Source: Candidatus Poribacteria bacterium (GTDB lineage Bacteria > Poribacteria > WGA-4E > WGA-3G). From it: a DNA stretch of 64,000 bases. The position numbers were made by a program, and so were the translations under genes. Where the stretch lies: positions 2,048,001 through 2,112,000 of the forward strand of contig OZ244048.1 in the NCBI GenBank assembly GCA_965215265.1, given 5' to 3'. Shown here piece after piece: positions 50,367-59,997 of the stretch. The first letter of the stretch is position 1, and each line of letters begins with the position of its first letter. The notes beneath the pieces are model-generated. The model did not search any database, was not told the DNA's origin, and saw only the letters and a list, made by a program, of their open reading frames with translations.

Positions 50367-52274
50367 ATCGCTATAAAAAATCCTGAATATCCATTCCGAA
50401 CTGAAGCAGGAATGCTTATTAACGCTGGCACTTCCCGGAGCCTCGTCCTTTTTGGCAACGTCCACGACCTCTTCTTTATTCAAAACACGGAACAAGCGGA
50501 TTATGTGCCTCTCGTCCCCTTCTTAACACAAAGCTGGGATATACCAGGGTTCATCCTCATTGTTTATGAGCTCAACGGACCGCTACGGTTCACGCAAACC
50601 CGTGGTAGAGAGAAAGTCAAGGCGGCGTTCAATTTATGGAGGCAAGTCACAGAGCCTTCCCTGACAAAACCGGAACGCCAATTCAGGCAGGTTAACGACG
50701 AATCGTTCATATCGCGTCGACGCATCACACGCCCACAATATTCACCTACAAACCCAGGTGAAAAACCGACAGAAACACATGAGGATGTCTTTGAACGCTA
50801 CCTCAACAATGCAATCGGCAGTCCTACGCTCGCACTTGAACTCCTACGCCAATTCTGTCTTATCTCCCGCACTACCAACCGACACGGCGAGAAATTTATA
50901 ACCGAAAAGCTGCTTATTCTAATCGAAGCAACGGACATGCTCCTCCCCGAAGGCGAAATCCGGAGCCTGAGCCAATCAGACCGGCACCGCGTCAGTATCG
51001 TCCAAGATTGGATTTCGGATTCTGAATTCATGAACGGCACGGATACTGTCGTCTTCATCACGGAATCCAAAAGTCTCGTCAACTCACGCATTATGCGTCT
51101 ACCACAAGTCGTTGGAGTCGAGATTCCATCACCTCCGCTCGAAGCACGACGGCATTTCATCTCTTGGTTTAACACAACAAGCGGTTATCAAATTGACAAG
51201 GAGCAAAAGGAGAGAACTCTCAACCTTTGGGGAACTCAGGTGCAACTCGCGATGCTGACAGCAGGCTTATCAATACATGCACTACGGCAGCTGCTCATCG
51301 CCGCATCCTATTCCGGTGAAAAACTACTCCCAGAAACCGTTATCGAGAAAGTCTCCGCATTCATACAGACACAACTAGGCGAAGATGTTGTTGAATTTAA
51401 AAAGCCCGCTCACACTCTTAAGGATATTGTCGGGAATCAGAACCTCGTTGCCTTCCTAAAAGCGCACCTTATTCCACGCATCACCTCCACTGGTGCCGAT
51501 GCTATCACAGGACTTAGCGTCTGTGGACCCATCGGCAGCGGAAAAACCTTCATCTTTGAAGCACTCGCAGGCGAATTAGATATCCCCGTACTAGTCCTCA
51601 AAAACATACGGAGTATGTGGTTCGGACAGACAGATGTCATTTTTGAAAGACTCAGACGATTGCTTATGGCACTCGTCAAGGTGCTCATCTTTGTCGATGA
51701 AGCCGATACACAGTTCGGGAACATCGGTAGAGAGGCACACAGCACCGAACGACGACTCACCGGAAAAATACAAGCGATGATGTCCGATGCGCAGCTACGC
51801 GGCAATATTACATGGCTGTTGATGACAGCACGCATCTATAATCTTTCGCCTGATCTGCGACGCGAAGGCCGCGTCGGAGACATCGTCGTTCCCGTACTCG
51901 ACCCAACCGGCGAAGACCGCAAAACCTTCCTGCACTGGACACTCCGCGACGTTATCAATGGAAAACTACCAGACGCGCTCATCGAAACCCTACTCGAACA
52001 CACCGAAGGCTACTCCGCAGCTAGCTTCGCAGCACTACGCGCAGAGCTCAAAGCCGCAAAAAATCTTATAGGCGACTTAACACCAGACGATATCGTTGAG
52101 GTTATCTCCGACAGAATACTGCCTAACATCGGACCCATTCGAAAATATCAAACATTACAAGCGTTCGTTAACTGTACGCGGAAATCTTTGCTACCTGTTG
52201 AATACTCACCGGAAACTCGAGAATCTTGGCTCAGAGAGATTGCCGCACTGGAAGCGATGGGCGTTAAAGGATAG
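50367..52274 (+). CDS. AAA+ ATPase with degenerate N-terminal and intact C-terminal AAA modules
   Basis: Walker A GPIGSGKT, pore loop RSMWFGQT, Walker B IFVDEAD, SRH LSPDLRREGR. Start uncertain (TTG 50331, ATC 50367 or ATG 50412). Confidence 0.85.
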   Translation: MAIKNPEYPFRTEAGMLINAGTSRSLVLFGNVHDLFFIQNTEQADYVPLVPFLTQSWDIPGFILIVYELNGPLRFTQTRGREKVKAAFNLWRQVTEPSLTKPERQFRQVNDESFISRRRITRPQYSPTNPGEKPTETHEDVFERYLNNAIGSPTLALELLRQFCLISRTTNRHGEKFITEKLLILIEATDMLLPEGEIRSLSQSDRHRVSIVQDWISDSEFMNGTDTVVFITESKSLVNSRIMRLPQVVGVEIPSPPLEARRHFISWFNTTSGYQIDKEQKERTLNLWGTQVQLAMLTAGLSIHALRQLLIAASYSGEKLLPETVIEKVSAFIQTQLGEDVVEFKKPAHTLKDIVGNQNLVAFLKAHLIPRITSTGADAITGLSVCGPIGSGKTFIFEALAGELDIPVLVLKNIRSMWFGQTDVIFERLRRLLMALVKVLIFVDEADTQFGNIGREAHSTERRLTGKIQAMMSDAQLRGNITWLLMTARIYNLSPDLRREGRVGDIVVPVLDPTGEDRKTFLHWTLRDVINGKLPDALIETLLEHTEGYSAASFAALRAELKAAKNLIGDLTPDDIVEVISDRILPNIGPIRKYQTLQAFVNCTRKSLLPVEYSPETRESWLREIAALEAMGVKG

Positions 52275-52349
52275 CCATACGTTTTACCGGTTTACTGAAG
52301 CTGAACTGACCGCTGCCTATTGGCAGTAAGTAACTGAAGACCTGGCTTC

Positions 52350-53489
52350 TCACCTAAGTGTAACAACTTCCCCATTTGCTGCAGAACAGTAGCCTGCACT
52401 GATAATCTCTATAGATTGCGCCGCAAACTCTGCGTTCATCTCACTCTCTATCCCCTGCTCAATACAGTCGATAAACACGCTGAATTCCCGTGCACCGTCG
52501 TTACTTCCCCCAATATCTACCCACTGTTGCTTAGGTCGGATGCCGATTTCCGATTGTGTGCTGCTCCACATACCCATCGGGTCAAGCGGATGCGGCGGCG
52601 GCGGTTCAAATGCCGGCTCCGCCGCGAAAATCTCAAGCCGACCGGCCGACGCATCAAATGTTAACGTGTTGGTTGTACCAACAAGCTGCACCTTCCGTAC
52701 ACCACCCTGTGGATGACTCTGCCACCCATAGCGCCCACCGACAATTGTCGCCGTAATTCCGCCTGCTAAATTCAGAACCAACGCCCCAAAATCCTCAACA
52801 TCGCAATCGTGATGTTCGGCAAAAAAATAATTGGCTGTCGCACCAAAAACTGTCTCGACAGGCCGCTGGGTTAACCAATTCACCATAGATACCGCATAGA
52901 CTCCCACATCAAACATCTCAGGTTTTGATTCAACAAAACTGTAACGCTCAACTGCCGGTTTCTCTACCCGTTTCTTACCAATAGGGGCACTGCCCGGATG
53001 GCCCTTGGCAAAGAGGACATCGCAATGAATCGCCCGCAATTCCCCCAGCTGCCCACTAGTTAACGCATGTTTTACCGTTCGCGCCCAAGCACTATGGATA
53101 TTGCTAAACATCTGACTCCGCACCCCGGTCCGCGCAATCGCATCGACGATGCGACGCGCAGCATTAGGATTCAATGCCATCGGCTTATCAAGGTAGACAT
53201 GTTTACCTGCCAGCGCACACTTAGCACCGACACGCCCACGACGCTCCACCTCAGTGCATAGACTCACAATATGCACATCGTCGCGTGCCAAGGCCGCGTC
53301 CAAGTCCGAAATAAAAGGCAGCTCCAATTCTTCGGCTAGGGATTTTCCCAACGCTATACGCTCCGCAGGTGCCCCCTGTTCATCAGCAAACGCAATCAGA
53401 CGGCACCGCGCATCTTGCGCGAAATGCTGCGCATAGTTCTCTTGGTGCGTCCGGTGCCCGCCCAGCAATAGTACACCGTACTTTTCCAT
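52350..53489 (-). CDS. Gfo/Idh/MocA family oxidoreductase
   Basis: GKHVYLDKPM, GQLGELRAI, DVEDFG. Confidence 0.85.
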   Translation of the reverse strand: MEKYGVLLLGGHRTHQENYAQHFAQDARCRLIAFADEQGAPAERIALGKSLAEELELPFISDLDAALARDDVHIVSLCTEVERRGRVGAKCALAGKHVYLDKPMALNPNAARRIVDAIARTGVRSQMFSNIHSAWARTVKHALTSGQLGELRAIHCDVLFAKGHPGSAPIGKKRVEKPAVERYSFVESKPEMFDVGVYAVSMVNWLTQRPVETVFGATANYFFAEHHDCDVEDFGALVLNLAGGITATIVGGRYGWQSHPQGGVRKVQLVGTTNTLTFDASAGRLEIFAAEPAFEPPPPHPLDPMGMWSSTQSEIGIRPKQQWVDIGGSNDGAREFSVFIDCIEQGIESEMNAEFAAQSIEIISAGYCSAANGEVVTLR

Positions 53490-53494
53490 CTTGT

Positions 53495-53959
53495 TTAACC
53501 CTCCACTCGTATAGGCTGACCGCTCTCAAGCGCTCGTGAGATAACAGCCGTCAATTCACCACTACCTCCGAAGTCCAAGGCTTGTACGCCGAGACGATGC
53601 CGGCCGGTCGGCGTTTCATGATAGATAACGCCTCTGTTCCCAACCAACATGATGTCTACCCCCGGCTCCTTCTCAACCCGATTCACGTTCAACAGTGCTA
53701 TCTCTCCACCTGTGTACTTCACCATTAGCGTTAACTGCGTTCCCTCCGCATCGCCTTGCGCATAGATATGCTCAGGTTTTGAAGGCATCCATCCGTTGGC
53801 AACACGCGCCACCACCGTGACAGGCTCCAGAAGAGACACCTTGCTCCACATGTCCGATTCATTCGCAACCTGAAGGGCACACCGCAAAAACACTGGACTC
53901 CCAATCCGACCCGATTCAATCACAGTTTGAACCGATTTTCTAACTGATTCCATTTTCAT
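53495..53959 (-). CDS. Hypothetical protein resembling the Gfo/Idh/MocA C-terminal domain
   Basis: IESGRIGSPVFLR, LVGNRGVIY, ALESGQPI; coupled to 52350..53489. Confidence 0.6.
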   Translation of the reverse strand: MKMESVRKSVQTVIESGRIGSPVFLRCALQVANESDMWSKVSLLEPVTVVARVANGWMPSKPEHIYAQGDAEGTQLTLMVKYTGGEIALLNVNRVEKEPGVDIMLVGNRGVIYHETPTGRHRLGVQALDFGGSGELTAVISRALESGQPIRVEG

Positions 53960-53985
53960 CTCCTCGATGCTTCGCTTTAAGCTGA

Positions 53986-54014
53986 ATTGTACTCTACCAC
54001 GAGAAAGGTGTCAA
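53986..54014 (-). promoter_or_regulatory. Sigma70-like promoter
   Basis: Minus strand TTGACA-17 nt-TACAAT. Confidence 0.7.
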
Positions 54015-54107
54015 CATCTTTTTCAAAGGCAGCCCTCACCGAATGCCCCACGGTTATTACACCCCCAGTCTGTCTTAAGACGCAGCAATTTGGGTCCATT
54101 TTAAATA

Positions 54108-54136
54108 TTGACACAGCCCTAAAATTCTGATAAAAT
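54108..54136 (+). promoter_or_regulatory. Sigma70-like promoter
   Basis: TTGACA-17 nt-TAAAAT with extended TG. Confidence 0.7.
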
Positions 54137-54170
54137 ATAACCAAATAATTTTACGATGTGGAGAACAACC

Positions 54171-54539
54171 ATGCGAGGAAAAACCCTTCAACAATTACTG
54201 GCCGAAGCAAAAGCAAACGTGGGGCATATTTCAGCCGAAGAACTCCAGCAGGCTGAGCACCCCGTTATTCTCATAGATGTCCGCGACGAGGCAGACTACG
54301 AAAAAGAACATCTACCTACAGCAGCATCCCTGCCGCGCGGCTACCTCGAACTTGATATCGATGAAGTCGCACCTGACCAGGACGCACATATTGTCACCTA
54401 TTGCGGGGGCGGGACCCGCGCAACGCTCTCTGCACACACCTTAAAAATCATGGGGTACGACAACGTCGCAGTACTCACCGGAGGCTTCCGAGGCTGGAAA
54501 TCCGACGGATTGCCGACCGAAAAAGGAACCGACGAATAA
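54171..54539 (+). CDS. Rhodanese-like domain protein
   Basis: IDVRD, HLPTA, YCGGGTRA, GGFRGW. Confidence 0.9.
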   Translation: MRGKTLQQLLAEAKANVGHISAEELQQAEHPVILIDVRDEADYEKEHLPTAASLPRGYLELDIDEVAPDQDAHIVTYCGGGTRATLSAHTLKIMGYDNVAVLTGGFRGWKSDGLPTEKGTDE

Positions 54540-54585
54540 AAATCTCACTTATTGCTCTCACAACTGCGCCAAAATGGAGGAAAAT

Positions 54586-55617
54586 ATGCGAAACCTATGG
54601 ACGCTCTTCGCAGTCATGCTACTCACACTGTGCATCGGACAGCACAGCGATGGACAAAAACGCCAACTTAACATCTTTACATGGGCAAGCTACATCAACG
54701 ATGACATTCGCTCCGGATTTGAAAAAGAATTCGGCGCAAACGTCACCGTGGACACTTATGCAAGCAACGAAGATTTACTCGCAAAACTCCAAGCAGGCGC
54801 CACTGGCTACGATATTATCATGCCCTCTGACTACATGGTCTCCATTTTAATCAAATTGGACCTATTAGCTGCGTTATCTCGTCAAAACATCCCAAATTGG
54901 CAGAACATTAGCCCACTGTTCCTTGGAAAGTACTATGATGCGCAGAACCGCTATTCTGTACCGTATACGTTTGGAACTGCCGGCATCGCATACGATTCTG
55001 ATGTAGTTTCACCCGCACCTGACAGCTGGGCAGTACTTTGGGATGCGAAATACCACAATCAATTCAGTATGCTTGATGATCAGCGTGAGACACTTGGTGC
55101 CGCACTCAAACTGCTCGGATATAGCCTTAACACCACTGATGAAAACGAACTTAACGCAGCGAAAGCACAATTAATTGCACAGAAACCGCTCGTTAAACAG
55201 TACAAAAGTGAAGCAGAGGAGGTTCTCGCCGCCGGGGATGTCGTAATGGCACACTGCTGGAGCGGGGATGCTTTCCGGGCCGCTGAAACGCGCCCCTCTA
55301 TTCGATACGTGATTCCCAAGGAAGGTTCAAGTCAATTTATTGACACCGTCTGTATCCCCAAATCTGCACCGCATAAAACACTCGCTGAACAGTTTATTAA
55401 CTACCTCCTCCGACCAGATGTCAATGCAAAAATCACGGCACTGACGAAATACGGCACGTGCGTTCCGGCAGCAAAACAATATTTGCCACAACATTTACGC
55501 GAACACGAATTCATCTATCCAACCGAAGAAGTGTTGGATACGCTTGAATGGCTGAAAGACCCCGGCGAGTTTACGAAGCACTACAACCGAGCCTGGGAAG
55601 AGATTAAAGCGAGATAG
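54586..55617 (+). CDS. Spermidine/putrescine ABC transporter substrate-binding protein (PotD/PotF-like)
   Basis: LNIFTWASYI, SNEDLLAKL, GYDIIMPSDYM, WSGD, IPKEG, FINYLLRP. Confidence 0.9.
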   Translation: MRNLWTLFAVMLLTLCIGQHSDGQKRQLNIFTWASYINDDIRSGFEKEFGANVTVDTYASNEDLLAKLQAGATGYDIIMPSDYMVSILIKLDLLAALSRQNIPNWQNISPLFLGKYYDAQNRYSVPYTFGTAGIAYDSDVVSPAPDSWAVLWDAKYHNQFSMLDDQRETLGAALKLLGYSLNTTDENELNAAKAQLIAQKPLVKQYKSEAEEVLAAGDVVMAHCWSGDAFRAAETRPSIRYVIPKEGSSQFIDTVCIPKSAPHKTLAEQFINYLLRPDVNAKITALTKYGTCVPAAKQYLPQHLREHEFIYPTEEVLDTLEWLKDPGEFTKHYNRAWEEIKAR

Positions 55618-55618
55618 C

Positions 55619-57001
55619 ATGAAAACCTCTCACACCCTTGGCTGTAAGACAACAACTTCACACACTTTTTCATTTACCAGATTTATTCTTCTCCTCTGTT
55701 TGATTCTACCTCCGTTGCTCGCCGCGGAAAGCCACGCAAATTCGGATTGGCCAGATTTTCTCGGCCCAGAGCGAAACGGCAAATCAAGCGAAAAACTAGA
55801 GATAATGCCATGGCCAAAAACGGGGCCACCCATCGCCTGGCACAAAGAGATTGGAACCAGTTACGGGGCACCGACCATCGCAGACGGACGGTTGTTTATC
55901 TTCGCACGCCACGCGGATACCGCACGTCTAACCTGTATGGAAAGCAAAACCGGGAATGAATTATGGCACTTCGAATATCCTACAGACTACGAGGATATGT
56001 ACGGTTACAACGACGGGCCCAGGTGTTGTCCCGTCGTTGACCAAGAACGCGTCTATCTCTTCGGGGCCGAGGGCATGTTGCACTGCGTCAGCGTTTCGGA
56101 TGGCAGCCTCTTATGGAAAGTAGACACAACCGCACGTTTTAACGTCGTCCAAAACTTCTTCGGCATCGCATCAGCACCTATTGTAGAAGGCGAATTGCTC
56201 ATCGTTCAGATTGGCGGCTCCCCACCAGGAAGCCCTAAGGATATCTGGGGTGCGAACGGAAAACCCAAACCCAACGGCACCGGGATTGTCGCATTCAACA
56301 AACTGACCGGCGCTGTTGTCTACAAACTTGCCGATGAACTCGCTAGCTACGCAAGTCCTATCATCGCGACAATCGAGGAACGACGATGGGGATTCGCATT
56401 TCTGCGCGGAGGAATCGTCGGCTTTGAACCCGCAACCGGCGAATTTGACTTCTACTACCCATGGCGACATCCTAAAATCGAATCTGTCAACGCCTCATCG
56501 CCCGTCGTAGTTGACGATTTTGTGTTTATTAGCGAATCATACGGCATAGGCAGCTCTCTCATCCAAGTGCGCCCTAATGGCTACCGCGTCGTCTGGAAAG
56601 ACAAGCCCAATCAGCCTAACAAGGCAATGGAATTGCACTGGACTACCGCCATCCATCACGAAGGCTACCTCTACGGATGTAGCGGTAGGCATTCTAACGG
56701 CGCATCACTGCGCTGCGTTGAGCTCACAACAGGCAAATTAATCTGGTCAGAGCACGTTAACGAGCGCGCCTCGCTGCTCTGGGTGAACGATTACTTCATC
56801 TATCTCAGTGAATTTGGACGCTTAATGCTGCTCAAATGCACACCCCAAAAAGTAGAAGTACTTTCTCAGGCAGTACCAATCAATGAGAAAGGAAATCAGC
56901 TAATTGAATATCCGGCTTGGGCCGCACCGGCCTTAGCAAACGGCTACTTGTACGTCCGCGGGAAAAATAGACTCATCTGTTTCGCATTGGCTCCACAGTG
57001 A
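55619..57001 (+). CDS. PQQ-binding-like beta-propeller secreted protein
   Basis: DWPDFLGP, YGAPTI, ASYASP, WAAPALANGYLYVR. Confidence 0.85.
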   Translation: MKTSHTLGCKTTTSHTFSFTRFILLLCLILPPLLAAESHANSDWPDFLGPERNGKSSEKLEIMPWPKTGPPIAWHKEIGTSYGAPTIADGRLFIFARHADTARLTCMESKTGNELWHFEYPTDYEDMYGYNDGPRCCPVVDQERVYLFGAEGMLHCVSVSDGSLLWKVDTTARFNVVQNFFGIASAPIVEGELLIVQIGGSPPGSPKDIWGANGKPKPNGTGIVAFNKLTGAVVYKLADELASYASPIIATIEERRWGFAFLRGGIVGFEPATGEFDFYYPWRHPKIESVNASSPVVVDDFVFISESYGIGSSLIQVRPNGYRVVWKDKPNQPNKAMELHWTTAIHHEGYLYGCSGRHSNGASLRCVELTTGKLIWSEHVNERASLLWVNDYFIYLSEFGRLMLLKCTPQKVEVLSQAVPINEKGNQLIEYPAWAAPALANGYLYVRGKNRLICFALAPQ

Positions 57002-57023
57002 GATTTAGCAAGCGTTCCGCCTA

Positions 57024-58100
57024 TTACGGTGTCCATAGCGTCGCCTCAATAAACCGCTCACCGTCAGGCTCCTCATCAAAATAGTAGACGGTAACCACCA
57101 CGCCATCAGGCCGTTGAACTGTGCGAGGGTAGCCGATGTCGTGGTCCCCGCCATTATCGCGCAAAACGAGTTCATCGCCCCAACTACACCCATCATCACC
57201 GCTCAATTTCGCACAGATACGATAAGGCGCATCTCTATAACCATAAATGAGACACAACCGGCCATCGTGGAGCAGTGTTAATGTAGGCGGATTCCCGCCG
57301 CGGCCCGTACTCTCTACAGGCCGATTCACATAACGCCAAGTTGAACCGTTATCATCTGAGGCGTAAAGGTCAATCCAATTAGCCCGAGTTTGCCAGTCTG
57401 TACCTGCCCCGCGGCACCGAACTGCCACTAAAATTCGAGAATCGCTCAGCCGCACACTCGCAGGCATAATCGCAAATCCTTCCGGTTCCGGACCAATTTG
57501 TGCATGCCGTGTAAACGACAGAGCACCATCAGTGGTGCGTGCACAAAATATCAAACCTTCCTCACCGTTCGCTTTCGCCGCAGTTAAAAATAGCAGGCAC
57601 TCTTCTGAAGAACTAACGAGGTAATCTGTCCGCGCAGCGATGCCCGTGTAACCGAACATCGGTAAACGAAACGGTCCGTCCCAACTCCTACATCTATCGG
57701 TAGAGGTATAAAACCAGGAATGTGAACCACTTGTGAGCCCAGATCTGCCGCACATCATTGCAAAGTCAGAATGTGCAAAATCTACACTTTGTCTCGCACT
57801 GTACCCACCAGATTCCGACAACCTATGTTCCTTCAGAACATGCTCATCTGCCGACAATGTACCTTCCCCAGGAAGACGGCACGGAGTCGCCGAAACGTCC
57901 CACGTCTCTCCACCATCCAGGCTACGTGCCTGCATCGCTGTAAACGGTTTATCCCGAGCTCTACGGTGAAACCCGGCATCGGATTGATGATAGCCGACTG
58001 TAAACCCGACGACGATTTCGTCGCCCCACGCCCAAATGCCATAGTTTGCGGGCCAGCCAGCGTAACGTCCACGTTCTCTATAGAGTGTAACCTGTTCCAT
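57024..58100 (-). CDS. Sialidase/BNR Asp-box family protein
   Basis: SLDGGETW, STDRCRSW, SDDNGSTW, SGDDGCSW, DIGYP. Confidence 0.85.
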   Translation of the reverse strand: MEQVTLYRERGRYAGWPANYGIWAWGDEIVVGFTVGYHQSDAGFHRRARDKPFTAMQARSLDGGETWDVSATPCRLPGEGTLSADEHVLKEHRLSESGGYSARQSVDFAHSDFAMMCGRSGLTSGSHSWFYTSTDRCRSWDGPFRLPMFGYTGIAARTDYLVSSSEECLLFLTAAKANGEEGLIFCARTTDGALSFTRHAQIGPEPEGFAIMPASVRLSDSRILVAVRCRGAGTDWQTRANWIDLYASDDNGSTWRYVNRPVESTGRGGNPPTLTLLHDGRLCLIYGYRDAPYRICAKLSGDDGCSWGDELVLRDNGGDHDIGYPRTVQRPDGVVVTVYYFDEEPDGERFIEATLWTP

Positions 58101-58159
58101 ATTGTTGACTCTCCTTCACTCGAACACGCCGGCGGACTTCAATCCCGCCAGATGTTTTT

Positions 58160-58621
58160 TTACTTCACTGGATGCAGCACGACTTCATCCGTCCGAAGAT
58201 AGGTATAGAGCTCCTCTGCTGCAAACAGGATACCTAACTCGCGCCGGGCGTTCTCACGAGAATCGGAGGCATGCACAATATTATGCGTTACATTAATTGA
58301 GAAATCGCCCCGGATACTCCCAGGCTGCGACACCTTCGGGTCCGTTTCACCATGCAGAATACGCACGAGCTCAATAGCATTACGCCCCTCAATAGCTATC
58401 GCAACCATCGGCGCAGATGTCATAAACCGAATCAGCACCTCGTAAAAGGAACTACCCCGATGCACAGCATAGAGCGCCTCCGCAGTAGCAAGCGGAAGCC
58501 GCAACATTTTCATTCCAATCAGTTTTAAACCCTTCCGTTCATACCGGGAAATGATTTCCCCTATCAGCCCACGTTGAACACCATCCGGTTTAATCAAAAC
58601 GAGTGTCTGTTCATTTTCCAT
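58160..58621 (-). CDS. ndk: Nucleoside-diphosphate kinase
   Basis: LIKPDGVQRGLIGEII, PGSIRGDF, NIVHASDS. Confidence 0.95.
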   Translation of the reverse strand: MENEQTLVLIKPDGVQRGLIGEIISRYERKGLKLIGMKMLRLPLATAEALYAVHRGSSFYEVLIRFMTSAPMVAIAIEGRNAIELVRILHGETDPKVSQPGSIRGDFSINVTHNIVHASDSRENARRELGILFAAEELYTYLRTDEVVLHPVK

Positions 58622-58821
58622 AGCCATTCCTTTTATGAAATAGGACATGGCGGTTCACCGCACAACTCATCAAAACAAACGGGCATACACAAAACACACA
58701 CGAAAAACTTAGTGCCCAGCGGCTTCCCACGACATCCCTTGACATGAATCCTTTTTAAGTATACCATATTCGTAAGGCAGATACCTAATTTATTTTTTAC
58801 AGACGTAGAACAGAGGTAGAT

Positions 58822-59802
58822 ATGTACAATCAATTGGCGCAATGCATCTTAAAAACAGGAGAACGGATGGAAGTCGGCGTGATTAACGCACCCGACGAAC
58901 CACACGCAGCAGAAGTCAAACGGTTCCTTGGACACAAACAAGGCGATTATAAATGGCACATAGAACGGGCTGTCACTGAAGTACTTGGCAGCTTAGAAAC
59001 TCACTTCTATGTTGGAAAACTTGAAGGAAAGGTGATTAGTAATGTGATGACCGTCGAGCACGAAGGAATCGGGATTTTAGGGCATGTCTTTACATTACCG
59101 CAACAGCGCAGAAAAGGCGCATGTAAAGGCATTATGACACATCAGATGGCGGATTTTCGGCAGCGCAACGGACGCGCACTCTACCTCGGCACAGGATATA
59201 ATAGCCATCCGTATTACATCTATAACAACTTCGGCTTTCAGAGCGTATTCCCAGGATCCGGTTTTATGAAATACCACGTCGAACCCGATTTTGAGGAACA
59301 TTACTTCGCCCAGACATCTGCCTCGCCCAAACCGATAGAATGGCATGATTGGCCCAAGGTAACCGCTCTCTCCGCTATCATCGGAGGGGATGCCCTTCGG
59401 AGCCTCACATGGCGTGTTTACGGACCCACGAATCTGGAAGGCGGTTTCCTTACATTTAAACACGCATTAGAAACAGACAACATTTACGATGATGCCAAAT
59501 TATTAGTCACACCGGACGGGGCTATCGTCGGTTGGGCAACAGTCTCTAGAGAACCGCATTGGCGAAATACAACCGCGCTCTTAGACCTCTTTTTTCACCC
59601 GAACTTCACCGAATCTGTACCGTCGCTCCTTGCAGCCTTAACCTTCCCAGAATTGAAGGTGCAGTGTTACGTTGACGCAGGGGCAGAGCAAAAAGCCGAG
59701 CTGCTCGCAGCAGCAGGCTTTTATTGTGAGGCACGTTTGAAAAGCCAATTTGAATACGGAAGTCTGCGTTACGACGTTTTAGTATTTTCGCGCGAATCAT
59801 AA
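58822..59802 (+). CDS. GNAT family acetyltransferase
   Basis: GHVFTLPQQRRKGAC (acetyl-CoA motif A), YNNFGF; second degenerate GNAT module. Confidence 0.75.
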   Translation: MYNQLAQCILKTGERMEVGVINAPDEPHAAEVKRFLGHKQGDYKWHIERAVTEVLGSLETHFYVGKLEGKVISNVMTVEHEGIGILGHVFTLPQQRRKGACKGIMTHQMADFRQRNGRALYLGTGYNSHPYYIYNNFGFQSVFPGSGFMKYHVEPDFEEHYFAQTSASPKPIEWHDWPKVTALSAIIGGDALRSLTWRVYGPTNLEGGFLTFKHALETDNIYDDAKLLVTPDGAIVGWATVSREPHWRNTTALLDLFFHPNFTESVPSLLAALTFPELKVQCYVDAGAEQKAELLAAAGFYCEARLKSQFEYGSLRYDVLVFSRES

Positions 59803-59823
59803 ACACACTCTACATATTTTAAC

Positions 59824-59852
59824 TTGACAATTTTTTATACTTGTGGTATAGT
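59824..59852 (+). promoter_or_regulatory. Sigma70-like promoter for the right-edge operon
   Basis: TTGACA-17 nt-TATAGT with extended TG. Confidence 0.7.
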
Positions 59853-59997
59853 CATATCAGTTTCACAAGAAAATGCCTAATTTGTGAGCAAACTCAAACT
59901 ATGAATCAAATAACAAGGGCAACATTAAAATTATGCAGCACTGCTCCTCGTAGGAGTCTTATAGCGCAAACATTCTTGAGAAATGAAATAAATAGCT

